Sequence record: ON529858.1
DNA length: 64,000 nucleotides
Direction: 5' to 3' (one strand)
The translations under genes were made by a program, and so were the position numbers. This document shows, in pieces, positions 18,562 to 27,517 of this stretch. The notes below the pieces were generated by a model. The model was given only the letters and a program-made list of their open reading frames with translations. It ran no database searches and was not told the origin of the DNA. The first letter of the stretch is position 1, and each line of letters opens with the position of its first letter.

Positions 18562-20844
18562 ATGGCCGATACCCCCATCCTCAAGCTGCCGCAAGTCGCT
18601 CCTGGTCAGAACCAGAAGGAGTTGACGATCAACACCGCTCTGGCGATCCTGGAAGCGGCGATGAACGACAGCCTTGTCCACACGGGCAAGACGGCGAACT
18701 TCACGTTGAATGAGGATCAGTGGACCCGCTACTTCCTGCACCGGGTCTCGGGCAACACCACCGCCATCACCATGACCGTCCCGGCGCGGGAGCGCCTGTT
18801 CGTCGTTTCCAACGAAGGCACGGCGGCTCTGACGATCACGCCGGCCGGCGGCAGTGCCGGCAACTCGGCGGAAGTCCCGTTCGGCAAGATCGTCCTGTTG
18901 GTCAACGACGGCGTCAACATCTACGCCATTTCGTCCGGAGTCGGCCGCCTCCAGGACCTGTCCGACGTGGATGGCACGGGCGCCGTGGATGGGATGATCC
19001 TGTCCTATGAGTCGACGGGAGAGAAGTGGGTTCCGGTCACCGTCGCCAACCTCTTCAACCTCGCCTTCACCGGCCTGAGCGACACCCCGAACAACTACAC
19101 TGGTGCGGCCAAGAAGTTCGTGCGCGTCAACGCCGCCGCGAACGCCCTGGAGTTTTTCGTCCCCTCGCTGACCTCCCTGTCCGACGTCAATGAGACCCTG
19201 GCGCCCGATGACGGCGAGGTCCTGACCTTCCTGGACGGGAAGTGGATTTCGGCTCCCGTCGGCGCCGCCACCATCAAGTTCACCGATCTCAATGATGCGC
19301 CCGACAGCTTCACCGGGCAGGGTGGCAAGGCCGTCGTCGTCAAGGAAAGCGAAGACGGAGTCGAGTTCGTCGAGGTCGGCGGCAAGATCACCGTCCAGAA
19401 CGAAGGCACCGAGATCGCCGCAGAGGCTGCGGTCGTCGACTTCGTCGGGACCGGCGTCAACGCGACCTTCGCCGGCGGCAAGGTCACCGTCACCGTCAAT
19501 CCGACAGCGCTGACCGCCGCCCCTGATGTGCCCGACGCCCTCACCGGGCAGGCGGGCAAGGCCCTCATCGTCAAGGATACTGAGGACGGGTTCGAGTTCG
19601 GCGACACCGCCGGCACCTTCCTGGCGCTGACCGACACCCCCGCCGCCTATACGGGTCAAGCCGGCAAGGCCGCCGTGGTCAACGACGCCGAAACCGGCCT
19701 GGAGTTCGGCGACATCGCCGGCGTCATCGCGGTTCAGGAAGAAGACGCCCTGGTCCAGGCCGCCGTCACCACCCTCAACTTCGAAGGCGACGGCGTCTCC
19801 GTGTCCGATGACGGCGCCGGCAAGGTGACCATCACGGTCGGCCCCGGCGGCGCCGGCGTCGGCCCCTTCGGCGAGCACGCCTACTGGCGCGTCTTCTGCA
19901 CCTCCAGCCACGGCAACAACTGGTTCTCGACGAAGGAACTGGACTTCTATTCCGAACCCGGCGGCGCGGTCCTCAACACGGGAGGCACCCCGGTCGAAGG
20001 CGGGCACTACAGCGCTCAGGTCGCCGCCAATGCGTTCGACAACGACACGGCGACCGAATGGACCGCCCCGACCAACGGGACGAACACGGGAACGGCATGG
20101 ATCGGCTATCACTTCGCCGCCCCCGTCTCCGTCGTCGAGGTCAAGCTGCAAGCCTCCAACTCGCCGACGACTGAGTCCTTCAAGACGGGCTCGGTGCAGT
20201 ATTCCGACAACGGCGTCGACTGGACCGAGGCCTGGGATGTCGCGGATCAACCGAACTGGACGACCAATGAAATCCGGACGTTCAACTACCTGAGCGCGCC
20301 GACCGGCTTCGTCTCCCTGGGCGACACGCCGACCTCCTACCTCGGCCAAGCCGACAAGAAGGTTCGCGTCAAGACCGCTGAGTCCGGCCTGGAGTTCGTC
20401 GCCGACACCTTCCTGTCGCAGATCGACACGCCTTCGACCTACTCGGGCCAGGGCGGCAAGACCGTGCGCGTAAACAGCGCGGCGAGCGGCCTGGAGTTCG
20501 TTCTGGACACCCAGGCGGCAAACGTCGTTTCGTCCAAGACGGCGGCCTACACGCCGGTGCTGGCCGACGCCCAAGAGCGGACCGGGGTGATCCCGGTCAA
20601 CGTCGCCTCCACGGTCGATGTGACGATCCCGACCAACACGGCGGTCCCCTATCCGGTCGGCACTCAGATTTCGATCCTGCAAATCGGCGCCGCCAAGGTC
20701 GGCATCGTCGGCGCCGCCGGCGTCACGGTCAACAAGCCCGCCGCCTTCAACGCCAAGACCCGTGAACAGAACTCCCTCGTGATGGCGCTGAAGATCGCGA
20801 CCGACACCTGGGTTCTGCTGGGCGATATGGAAGTCGCACCCTAA
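18562..20844 (+). CDS. Tail fibre protein (DUF2793-like N-terminus, ~30-aa fibre repeats, discoidin/F5-8-like domain)
   Basis: MADTPILKLPQVAPGQNQKELTINTALAILE; six L.DTP..Y.GQ.GK.V.V...E.GLEF repeats; AANAFDNDTATEW...WIGYHFAAPVSVVEVKL. Confidence 0.8.
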   Translation: MADTPILKLPQVAPGQNQKELTINTALAILEAAMNDSLVHTGKTANFTLNEDQWTRYFLHRVSGNTTAITMTVPARERLFVVSNEGTAALTITPAGGSAGNSAEVPFGKIVLLVNDGVNIYAISSGVGRLQDLSDVDGTGAVDGMILSYESTGEKWVPVTVANLFNLAFTGLSDTPNNYTGAAKKFVRVNAAANALEFFVPSLTSLSDVNETLAPDDGEVLTFLDGKWISAPVGAATIKFTDLNDAPDSFTGQGGKAVVVKESEDGVEFVEVGGKITVQNEGTEIAAEAAVVDFVGTGVNATFAGGKVTVTVNPTALTAAPDVPDALTGQAGKALIVKDTEDGFEFGDTAGTFLALTDTPAAYTGQAGKAAVVNDAETGLEFGDIAGVIAVQEEDALVQAAVTTLNFEGDGVSVSDDGAGKVTITVGPGGAGVGPFGEHAYWRVFCTSSHGNNWFSTKELDFYSEPGGAVLNTGGTPVEGGHYSAQVAANAFDNDTATEWTAPTNGTNTGTAWIGYHFAAPVSVVEVKLQASNSPTTESFKTGSVQYSDNGVDWTEAWDVADQPNWTTNEIRTFNYLSAPTGFVSLGDTPTSYLGQADKKVRVKTAESGLEFVADTFLSQIDTPSTYSGQGGKTVRVNSAASGLEFVLDTQAANVVSSKTAAYTPVLADAQERTGVIPVNVASTVDVTIPTNTAVPYPVGTQISILQIGAAKVGIVGAAGVTVNKPAAFNAKTREQNSLVMALKIATDTWVLLGDMEVAP

Positions 20845-23486
20845 TGCTGCTGCTCGGAGCCACGGCCGCGTCCGGCCGACGTGTTACCTCGACCGGTCCT
20901 GGCGGCGGCGGCGGCGGGTCTGCGCTTCCCGTCCCGATGTTCGCGACGGGGCCTAAGCAGAACCCCGACGCCACCCTGAACGCGGCGAGCGCGACCCGCT
21001 ACTTCAGCCCCAACGGCTCCTTCACCGGCTACGCCAGCGGCGCGACGCAATGGAAGACCGCCGAAGGGACGTGGCGCCCGCGCATCCACGCGGCCGGCAT
21101 CCTGTCGAACTTCAGCCTCTACATCGGCACCAACGCGCGCACGACCCCGACGGTCTACACGCTCATGGTCAACGGCGTCGCCACCTCCGTCACCGCCACC
21201 GTCGCCGGCGGCGTGACCGGCTATGTCGACTTCACGGGCACCGCCGCCGTCGCCCAGGGCGACCTCATCTCCATGCGGGTCGTGACCGGCACGGGCACGC
21301 AGAACATCGTCCTGAGCGCGCTCATGGGCGTCTTCACCGCGACCGGGGCCGATACGGTCAACCACCTGTTCTGCGCGGGCGACTACCACTACTCCCAGCC
21401 GACCGAAACCGGCCAAGCCGTTTCCTCGGTCCACGGCTCCAACGACTCCAACACGTTCGGCACGGGCTGGTCCTTCGTCTCCGGGGGCGCATCGTCCGTC
21501 CAAAAGGGCGCCAACGTGATCGGGACGGCCGGCGTCATCAGCCGCTTGCAGGTCGACATCCCGGTCAACACCAGCACCTCGACCTATCGGATCGAGATGT
21601 ATAAGAACGGCTTGGCGACGGGCCTGTTCGTTCAGGTCGCTCCCGGCGCGACGGGCGTGTTCACTGACGACACCCACACCGTCACGGTCGCAGCGGGCGA
21701 CAACATCGAATACCGCCGCAATGCCCTGGCGAGCGGGACCGGCACGATCCAGATTGGCAATATGTGCTGCGGTCTGGTGACCACCGGCGGCTTCGACATC
21801 ATGTCGGCGCGCGGCACGGGTTCGACGCTCCAGGGCTATGCCGGCGTCAACAACTACCTCGGTCTCTCCCGGTTCGCCCCGGTCAACAACGACCCCGAGT
21901 TGATCGGATCGCGCCGGCACCGGATGCCGAAGCGCGCCAAGGCGACGAAGTTCATCGTCGACGCCAACTCCCAGAGCGCGACGGTGGCTTGGCCTGTGAC
22001 GCTGATCCAGAACGGCGTCGACACCGAACTGAGCGTGTCCGTCCCGCAGCCTGACAACCGCTATGAACTGAGCGACACCGGCGCGGTCCAGGTCGCGGCC
22101 AACGATCGCTTGAACGTGAAGTTCAACACCAGCGGCTTTTCGTCGACCCCCCACGCCTTCACGATCTCTTTCGTCGATCCGGGCATCGAGCAGTTGAAGA
22201 CCCCGATGTGGTCGACGACCCCCAATGCGTCGGTCAGCAGCGTCACCTTCCAGGCCGTCGCGCCCGGCTCGCGCTACTTCCGGCTGGGCGGCGCCCTGGC
22301 GCCCTACGCCGACTTCGCGTCGGTCCCCTACACCTCCGAGGGCGACTGGCGCTCGGCCGCCGGCGCGGCGGGCTCGATCTCGGGCCTGGGCGTGTTCGTC
22401 AGCCAGAACAACCGCACCGAAGCCTCCACCTTGACCCTGATGGTCAACGGCGTGGCCTCGACGACCCAGACGATCAGCATTCCCGCCAACGGCACGGGCT
22501 GGTTCTCGGTCGCCGTCGACACGGCGCAGGCGGTCGCCAAGGACGATCTGCTGTCCGTCCGCCTGTCCTACGCGACCGGAGACTTCGGCACGATCGGCAT
22601 CAACGCCCTGGAGGCCGCCTTCCTGGCGACCGACGGCACGGTGGCGCATCACTACCTCCACGGCGACTACAACTCCGGCTCTGCCGCCCGCATTGCAGTG
22701 GCGTCGTCACAGGCGGGCGCCCCTGTCTCGGGCTCGGTGGCGGGCAACAGCTTCTCGGCGGGCTGGGGCTCGGTCGTCACCCCGTCTGCGGCCTCCTTCT
22801 TCGCCTCGCAGTTCTACACGCCGGGTGAAATCGGAGCCCTGCGGGCGCACGTCTTCTCCAATACGGCGACGCAACGGACGCTCCTGACGCTCTACAAGAA
22901 TGGCGCCGCCACGGGGTTGAAGGTCGAAGTCCCCGCCGGCGCCACCGGCTTCTTCACCGACAGCATCAACCAGATCACGATCGCCACCGGCGACAAGTTG
23001 GAATGGCGCGTGCAGTTCCCGGACTTCGTCTCGGGCGACACGGGCGGCATCCAGTTCGGCAACATCCAGACCGTCGTCAAGACGGCGGTGGCCGCCTACG
23101 ACATCGTGGCGGGCCGGTTCGGCGAGCAGTTGGGTTCGGACACCGTCGACAAGTGGCACGGCCCATCGCGGATGCACCAGCGTGACGCCGACAACGTCTA
23201 TATGACCAACCTGCGGATGCCGGCGGCGGGCAAGGTCAAGCGGCTCTTCGGGTCCGCGAACAACTACTCGGCCGGCACCGCCCCCTGGAACACCACCCTG
23301 GTCAAGAACGGAACCGACACGGCGCTCAGCATGATCCGGCCGGCGACGGGCGACATTGCCTTCATGCTGGCGGACTCCGTCGAGGTCGCATTCGCCAAGA
23401 GCGATCGCTTCAACGTCCGCTACCGCACCAACGCCCCGGTCCAGGAACTGATGTCGTGGGGCATGACGATCGGGTCGGCCGAATAG
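20844..23486 (+). CDS. Second tail fibre / receptor-binding protein with a large internal duplication
   Basis: 880-aa beta-rich ORF; RYF...TLMVNGVA...LY/MYKNG.ATGL..VP.GATG.FTD occurs twice. Confidence 0.65.
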   Translation: MLLLGATAASGRRVTSTGPGGGGGGSALPVPMFATGPKQNPDATLNAASATRYFSPNGSFTGYASGATQWKTAEGTWRPRIHAAGILSNFSLYIGTNARTTPTVYTLMVNGVATSVTATVAGGVTGYVDFTGTAAVAQGDLISMRVVTGTGTQNIVLSALMGVFTATGADTVNHLFCAGDYHYSQPTETGQAVSSVHGSNDSNTFGTGWSFVSGGASSVQKGANVIGTAGVISRLQVDIPVNTSTSTYRIEMYKNGLATGLFVQVAPGATGVFTDDTHTVTVAAGDNIEYRRNALASGTGTIQIGNMCCGLVTTGGFDIMSARGTGSTLQGYAGVNNYLGLSRFAPVNNDPELIGSRRHRMPKRAKATKFIVDANSQSATVAWPVTLIQNGVDTELSVSVPQPDNRYELSDTGAVQVAANDRLNVKFNTSGFSSTPHAFTISFVDPGIEQLKTPMWSTTPNASVSSVTFQAVAPGSRYFRLGGALAPYADFASVPYTSEGDWRSAAGAAGSISGLGVFVSQNNRTEASTLTLMVNGVASTTQTISIPANGTGWFSVAVDTAQAVAKDDLLSVRLSYATGDFGTIGINALEAAFLATDGTVAHHYLHGDYNSGSAARIAVASSQAGAPVSGSVAGNSFSAGWGSVVTPSAASFFASQFYTPGEIGALRAHVFSNTATQRTLLTLYKNGAATGLKVEVPAGATGFFTDSINQITIATGDKLEWRVQFPDFVSGDTGGIQFGNIQTVVKTAVAAYDIVAGRFGEQLGSDTVDKWHGPSRMHQRDADNVYMTNLRMPAAGKVKRLFGSANNYSAGTAPWNTTLVKNGTDTALSMIRPATGDIAFMLADSVEVAFAKSDRFNVRYRTNAPVQELMSWGMTIGSAE

Positions 23487-23501
23487 GTCGTGAATCTTGA
23501 C
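23486..23501 (+). promoter_or_regulatory. Phage promoter motif copy upstream of the lysis cassette
   Basis: GGTCG-TGAATC-TTGAC. Confidence 0.7.
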
Positions 23502-23556
23502 GTTAACCCCGATTCGTGCCATGGTTCCGGGCTTTTCGAAAAGAGTCAATCCCCTC

Positions 23557-24198
23557 ATGCAAGTTTCCGCCAACGGCCTCAAGCTGATCCAGGCCTGGGA
23601 AGGCATCGAAGATGGCAACCCCGCCACCGTCGATCTCGAACCCTACATCTGCCCGGCCAAGGTCTACACCGTGGGCTGGGGTCACGTCCTGACGACGCCG
23701 GCCGGCGCCCAGATCGACGTTGACGTCTTCAAGCCGACCCGCGCGCGCCAACTGGCGGCGGAAGCGATGATCCGCACCTTCGGCAAGCCGGCGATCACCA
23801 TGGCCGAGGCCGAAGCGCTTCTGCGCCGCGACGTCGCCAAGTTCGAGCGCTACGTCGAGACCGCGATCGGCGCGAACAACGCCACGCCGGCGCAGTTCGA
23901 CGCCATGGTCTCCTTCACCTTCAACTGCGGACCGGCGAACTTCAACGCTTCGTCCATCAAGCGCCTGCACCTCCAGGGCAAGCGCACCGTCGGCGACGTC
24001 TCGCTGTCGACGATGTGCCGCGAGTCCAAGGCCAAGGCCGCGACCAACACCATCCCCCGCGCCTTCTGCGCGTGGTCGAACGCGAACAAGAAGTGGATGC
24101 TGGGCCTGTTCCGGCGCCGCGTCTCCGAACTGCTGATCTACGGCGGCCATGACGCCGCCACGGCGCTGCGCACGGCCCAGAACTTCAAGGGCTGCTAA
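23557..24198 (+). CDS. Endolysin, GH24 phage lysozyme
   Basis: NGLKLIQAWEG...PYICPAKVYTVGWGH...AQFDAMVSFTFNCG...GLFRRRVSE. Confidence 0.9.
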   Translation: MQVSANGLKLIQAWEGIEDGNPATVDLEPYICPAKVYTVGWGHVLTTPAGAQIDVDVFKPTRARQLAAEAMIRTFGKPAITMAEAEALLRRDVAKFERYVETAIGANNATPAQFDAMVSFTFNCGPANFNASSIKRLHLQGKRTVGDVSLSTMCRESKAKAATNTIPRAFCAWSNANKKWMLGLFRRRVSELLIYGGHDAATALRTAQNFKGC

Positions 24199-24202
24199 GC
24201 CC

Positions 24203-24709
24203 ATGGGGACCAGCTTCAAGCAGGGCATGTCGAAGATCGGGAAGTGGATCGCACGCACGGTCGACACCCTCTGCGACCGCCCGGATCACCTTCAACGTCT
24301 GTCGATCATCGGTTCGGGGATTTCGATCTTCCCGATGATCGCGTCGATGGTCGCCCTGCTGGTCTTCTTTGGCCTGCGGACCGACGTGCTCGCCGAGATG
24401 GTCGTGCCGATCCTGGGCTACGTCACCTATGGGATGCTGATGCTGTTCGCCCTGGCGCAGATCGCGCTCCTGGGGATCATCCGGGGCTTCCGGGTCAACG
24501 GCCCTGGCGGCTTCGGGGTCGAGATCGAGACCACGTCCGGTGATGACGACGACGCGCCAACGACCACGACGAAGGTCACCGTGCCGGTCGCCATTCCTGA
24601 GCCTATCCCTGCCCCCGTCACCCCGCGCGGCCGGCGTGAGGCGGAGGCGGCTGAAGACGCCACCTTCGATCGCACCGCCGAAGACCGCCTGCCGGAGATC
24701 AAGCCGTGA
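24203..24709 (+). CDS. Putative holin
   Basis: Two hydrophobic helices and a charged C-tail; lies between endolysin and spanins. Confidence 0.55.
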   Translation: MGTSFKQGMSKIGKWIARTVDTLCDRPDHLQRLSIIGSGISIFPMIASMVALLVFFGLRTDVLAEMVVPILGYVTYGMLMLFALAQIALLGIIRGFRVNGPGGFGVEIETTSGDDDDAPTTTTKVTVPVAIPEPIPAPVTPRGRREAEAAEDATFDRTAEDRLPEIKP

Positions 24710-25182
24710 TGCACCTGCTCTTCACCCTACTCTTCAACCCGGCGTCGCTGATCGTCTACGCCCTGGTGGCGGCGGCGTTCGTCGCCGTCTGGTTCATCCT
24801 GGGTCCGGTCCGGTTCTGGCTCATCGCCAAGAACTGGAAGACCTGGGCGCTGATCCTGGGCGCCTGCGCGATCGTCTCCTACTCGAACATGGCCGCCCGC
24901 GTCGACAAGGCCGAGGACAAGGTCGAGCAGGTCGAGATCATCGACGAGGCCAAGGACGACAACGCCGTCATCACCGCAAACCGCAACACCCAGCGCCAGA
25001 CCCGAAACACTGAGCGCGCCCGACAGCAAGAGGCCATCACCAATGCCGCACCCGGACAAGAACTCGACGACCTACTCGATGAGATCGCTCGCCAAGAAGG
25101 CCGCACCGCTCCTGGCGGCGGGAAGCCTGCTCCTGAGCCTGAGCGCGTGCGCGACGGCCCCGACGGGGTGGTTCTCCCCTGA
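24706..25182 (+). CDS. Putative inner-membrane spanin (Rz-like)
   Basis: N-terminal transmembrane segments followed by a coiled-coil-like region. Confidence 0.65.
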   Translation: MMHLLFTLLFNPASLIVYALVAAAFVAVWFILGPVRFWLIAKNWKTWALILGACAIVSYSNMAARVDKAEDKVEQVEIIDEAKDDNAVITANRNTQRQTRNTERARQQEAITNAAPGQELDDLLDEIARQEGRTAPGGGKPAPEPERVRDGPDGVVLP

Positions 25183-25447
25183 CGATCTCTATCCTGACGC
25201 GATCACCTCGTGCCAGGACCTGCCGACTGTCCCTGAGCGCCCCGCGCCCGGCGTCGCCCGCCCGCCCGAGGTCCAGGCCAACTACGTCGCCGATCTGCAC
25301 GGCACGGCCGTCGACTGCAAGGACACCGTGGGCGCCACGGCTGACCGCAAGCAGGCCTACGCCCGCCGCTACGAGCAGCACAACTACAACCTCGCTCAGC
25401 GCTGGTGGCGCCGGGCGACGGGTTCCGCAACCACCAACCAGGAGTAG
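25079..25447 (+). CDS. Putative outer-membrane lipoprotein spanin (Rz1-like)
   Basis: Lipobox LLLSLSA-C and Pro-rich body; overlaps the 3' end of the i-spanin in another frame. Confidence 0.7.
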   Translation: MRSLAKKAAPLLAAGSLLLSLSACATAPTGWFSPDDLYPDAITSCQDLPTVPERPAPGVARPPEVQANYVADLHGTAVDCKDTVGATADRKQAYARRYEQHNYNLAQRWWRRATGSATTNQE

Positions 25448-25451
25448 GCCC

Positions 25452-25643
25452 ATGGCCGGCGACAACGACATCATCACCCGCGAGGGCTGGGGCGGCAACG
25501 GCATCGGCGACGGTGGCGGCGGCTGCATCTCCCCGACCACCGGCGGCATCGGCGACGGCGGCACTACCTGCATCGGCGACGGCGGCACTACCTGCATCGG
25601 CGACGGTGGCACGGGCTGCGTGTCGCCGATCAAGGACGACTGA
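25452..25643 (+). CDS. 63-aa Gly/Cys/Asp repeat peptide
   Basis: RBS GGAG before ATG; phage codon bias; IGDGGxxC octapeptide repeats. Confidence 0.65.
   Translation: MAGDNDIITREGWGGNGIGDGGGGCISPTTGGIGDGGTTCIGDGGTTCIGDGGTGCVSPIKDD
25546..25617 (+). repeat. 24-bp tandem repeat x3 (GCATCGGCGACGGCGGCACTACCT)
   Basis: Two exact copies and one variant, plus a related copy at 25501. Confidence 0.9.
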
Positions 25644-25674
25644 CCTTTCCCACCTGCTTTTCCCTGAGCGCGCT

Positions 25675-25926
25675 ATGACCGACACCACGAAGCCGCGCGA
25701 TCCCCGCAGAGCCGAGACCCTAGACGAAGCGGCCCGCAACGCCGACGGCTCCTACAACGGGGCCGCGATGCTGTCGTGGCTCAGCGAATGCCTCCAGCCT
25801 GGGAACGGGTTGACCGAGACGGAGATCAGAGAGATTTTCGACGAGGTCCAGACCGGACAGGAACTGCTCACGCAGCAGTTCTACGTCAACCCCGTGCCGA
25901 TGAGCCGACGCAACACCGGCGGATAA
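25675..25926 (+). CDS. Hypothetical protein
   Basis: 83-aa ORF with phage-like codon usage. Confidence 0.5.
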   Translation: MTDTTKPRDPRRAETLDEAARNADGSYNGAAMLSWLSECLQPGNGLTETEIREIFDEVQTGQELLTQQFYVNPVPMSRRNTGG

Positions 25927-25930
25927 TCAG

Positions 25931-25956
25931 CGACGCATAGCGTCGTCGATCTTGAC
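25931..25956 (+). promoter_or_regulatory. Phage operator/promoter motif copy
   Basis: CGACG-CATAG-CGTCG-TCGATC-TTGAC. Confidence 0.75.
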
Positions 25957-25984
25957 AGCGAGCCCTTTTTAGTGTAGGCCTCAT

Positions 25985-26375
25985 CCTCTTGCTGGGGACC
26001 AACCTCTCCAGACACCGACAGGATGGCTCGTGCTCGTGCTTCGCAGGCGGGTTGCGACCAAAGCGGTAACCGGCAATCTGAAGCCGGCCACACGCGGGAC
26101 CCCGACTGGAACGTCGGGCAACCACATTTGAACAGGTCACTACGCCCCCAAGGGGCCTGTGTCTGCGGCGCTCCTGGAGTAGGCTCGGGGCTGTCCGCTA
26201 GAGGGAACTGAACGCTTGAGCGGCGCCGGCCGCGATAGTCCCTCGCCGCCCCAGACGTGGGGTTCACGCGCGATGCGGGATAAGGCACGGAAACTGCCAA
26301 AGTGTGAAGCGTGCCATCGTTGAGGGTTTCCCCCATACGATGAGGCCCGCCCGGTTCGCCGGGCGGGCCTTCTTT
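25985..26375 (+). ncRNA. Candidate ~390-nt structured RNA
   Basis: Bounded by the promoter motif and a + strand intrinsic terminator; no codon-biased ORF; several hairpins. Confidence 0.4.
26343..26375 (+). terminator. Intrinsic terminator
   Basis: AGGCCCGCCCGG-TTCG-CCGGGCGGGCCT followed by TCTTT. Confidence 0.8.
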
Positions 26376-26402
26376 CGTTCTGACAGCCGCGTTTCGTGAC
26401 TC

Positions 26403-27230
26403 TCAGCAGATGCCTATCTTGCCGATCACCGCGCCGAGGATGTTGATCTCGCCGGGCTCGACCTCGACAAAGGACCTGTCGGCCGAGTAGACCTTGTAGG
26501 GTCCGCCGCGCGCCGGACGGGAGACGTTCGCCGCCATCAACTGATCATTCCAGCCGAAGACGAACTCGGCCGCGCCGCGCCCAGGCTCTTCCTCGCGCCT
26601 GATGACCGCCATGTCGCCGGGCTTCAGGGTGGGAGAGAAGTCGTCGACCTGGGCCAGGACGATCTCGTGCGGCGCCGCGTCGAAACGCTCCTTCAGGAAG
26701 GCCGGATCGAACGACCACAGGCTCTTGCGATCGAAGTGGTCGAGGTTCGGCGTGCGCTTGGCGGCGTCGTCGGCGTCGACCGGCTCGAACGTGTCGACCT
26801 TGGGGTTGTAGGTGACCTGCTCGATCGGGTGCGGCTCGCCCTCGCCGGCGGCGATGTAACCGACGGTGGACTTGAGGGTTTTGGCGATCTGTGCGATGAC
26901 TGGAATGGTCGGTTTGACCTGATCAATCTCATACATGTTGTAAGCTGGCCGCGACAGACGAGTGGTCTGACCCTCGCGCTTGCCGCTCTTGTGCTCAAGC
27001 GTCACCGTCTTGGCGACGTCGTCGCTCTTGAGGCCCAGGGCCAGTCGAAGGGCGGTGATGCGCTGTCCGACGGTCTGCGGGTTCTCCAGAGCGGAGCCCT
27101 TGACGATCATGGACCCGACGCGGTGTGGCGTCTTCGTGGGCGGCGACATTGGCGGCTCCGACTTCCGGGAGCGGGTCGGCGCCTTGGCGCGGGCTCGCTT
27201 GGTGTTCGTTTCTTCAGCAGCTTGCATCAT
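26403..27230 (-). CDS. XRE-family HTH regulator with a degenerate S24/CI-like C-terminal domain
   Basis: VGQRITALRLALGL...YNMYEIDQVKPTIPVIAQIAKTL; C-terminal VDDFSPTLKPGDMAVI...ILGAVIG. Confidence 0.75.
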   Translation of the reverse strand: MMQAAEETNTKRARAKAPTRSRKSEPPMSPPTKTPHRVGSMIVKGSALENPQTVGQRITALRLALGLKSDDVAKTVTLEHKSGKREGQTTRLSRPAYNMYEIDQVKPTIPVIAQIAKTLKSTVGYIAAGEGEPHPIEQVTYNPKVDTFEPVDADDAAKRTPNLDHFDRKSLWSFDPAFLKERFDAAPHEIVLAQVDDFSPTLKPGDMAVIRREEEPGRGAAEFVFGWNDQLMAANVSRPARGGPYKVYSADRSFVEVEPGEINILGAVIGKIGIC

Positions 27231-27436
27231 GTCTATATACCCCTTTGCTCAGGCCGCCCACAACGTCAAGAAAACTACGCTCTCGACTGCCGGTTCCGAT
27301 CCTGTGTCAATAAAACTGTCAGAGCGGTATGTAGCCGATCCTTGGCAACACATCAAGGCCAAGGGCAAGAAAAAGTGCAGACCGACGTGAAAAAGGCGTT
27401 GACACGATGCCAACGCCTTGATTTCAAACGAAAAGA

Positions 27437-27457
27437 AAATCCACAGTCTGTGGATAA
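27437..27457. promoter_or_regulatory. Inverted pair of DnaA-box-like sites
   Basis: AAATCCACA (2 mismatches) and perfect TGTGGATAA in an AT-richer intergenic region. Confidence 0.5.
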
Positions 27458-27517
27458 CCGGCATACCGACGGTGCGTGTAACGGCGTTCTAACCCGTATG
27501 GGGGAGGTTCGGAGCGC

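Noticed and set aside
18562-23486. Diversity-generating retroelement acting on the fibres
   Set aside because: No reverse transcriptase and no template/variable repeat pair seen in the window
25501-25617. Possible CRISPR or iteron repeats
   Set aside because: Contiguous in-frame 24-bp units without spacers; they encode a peptide
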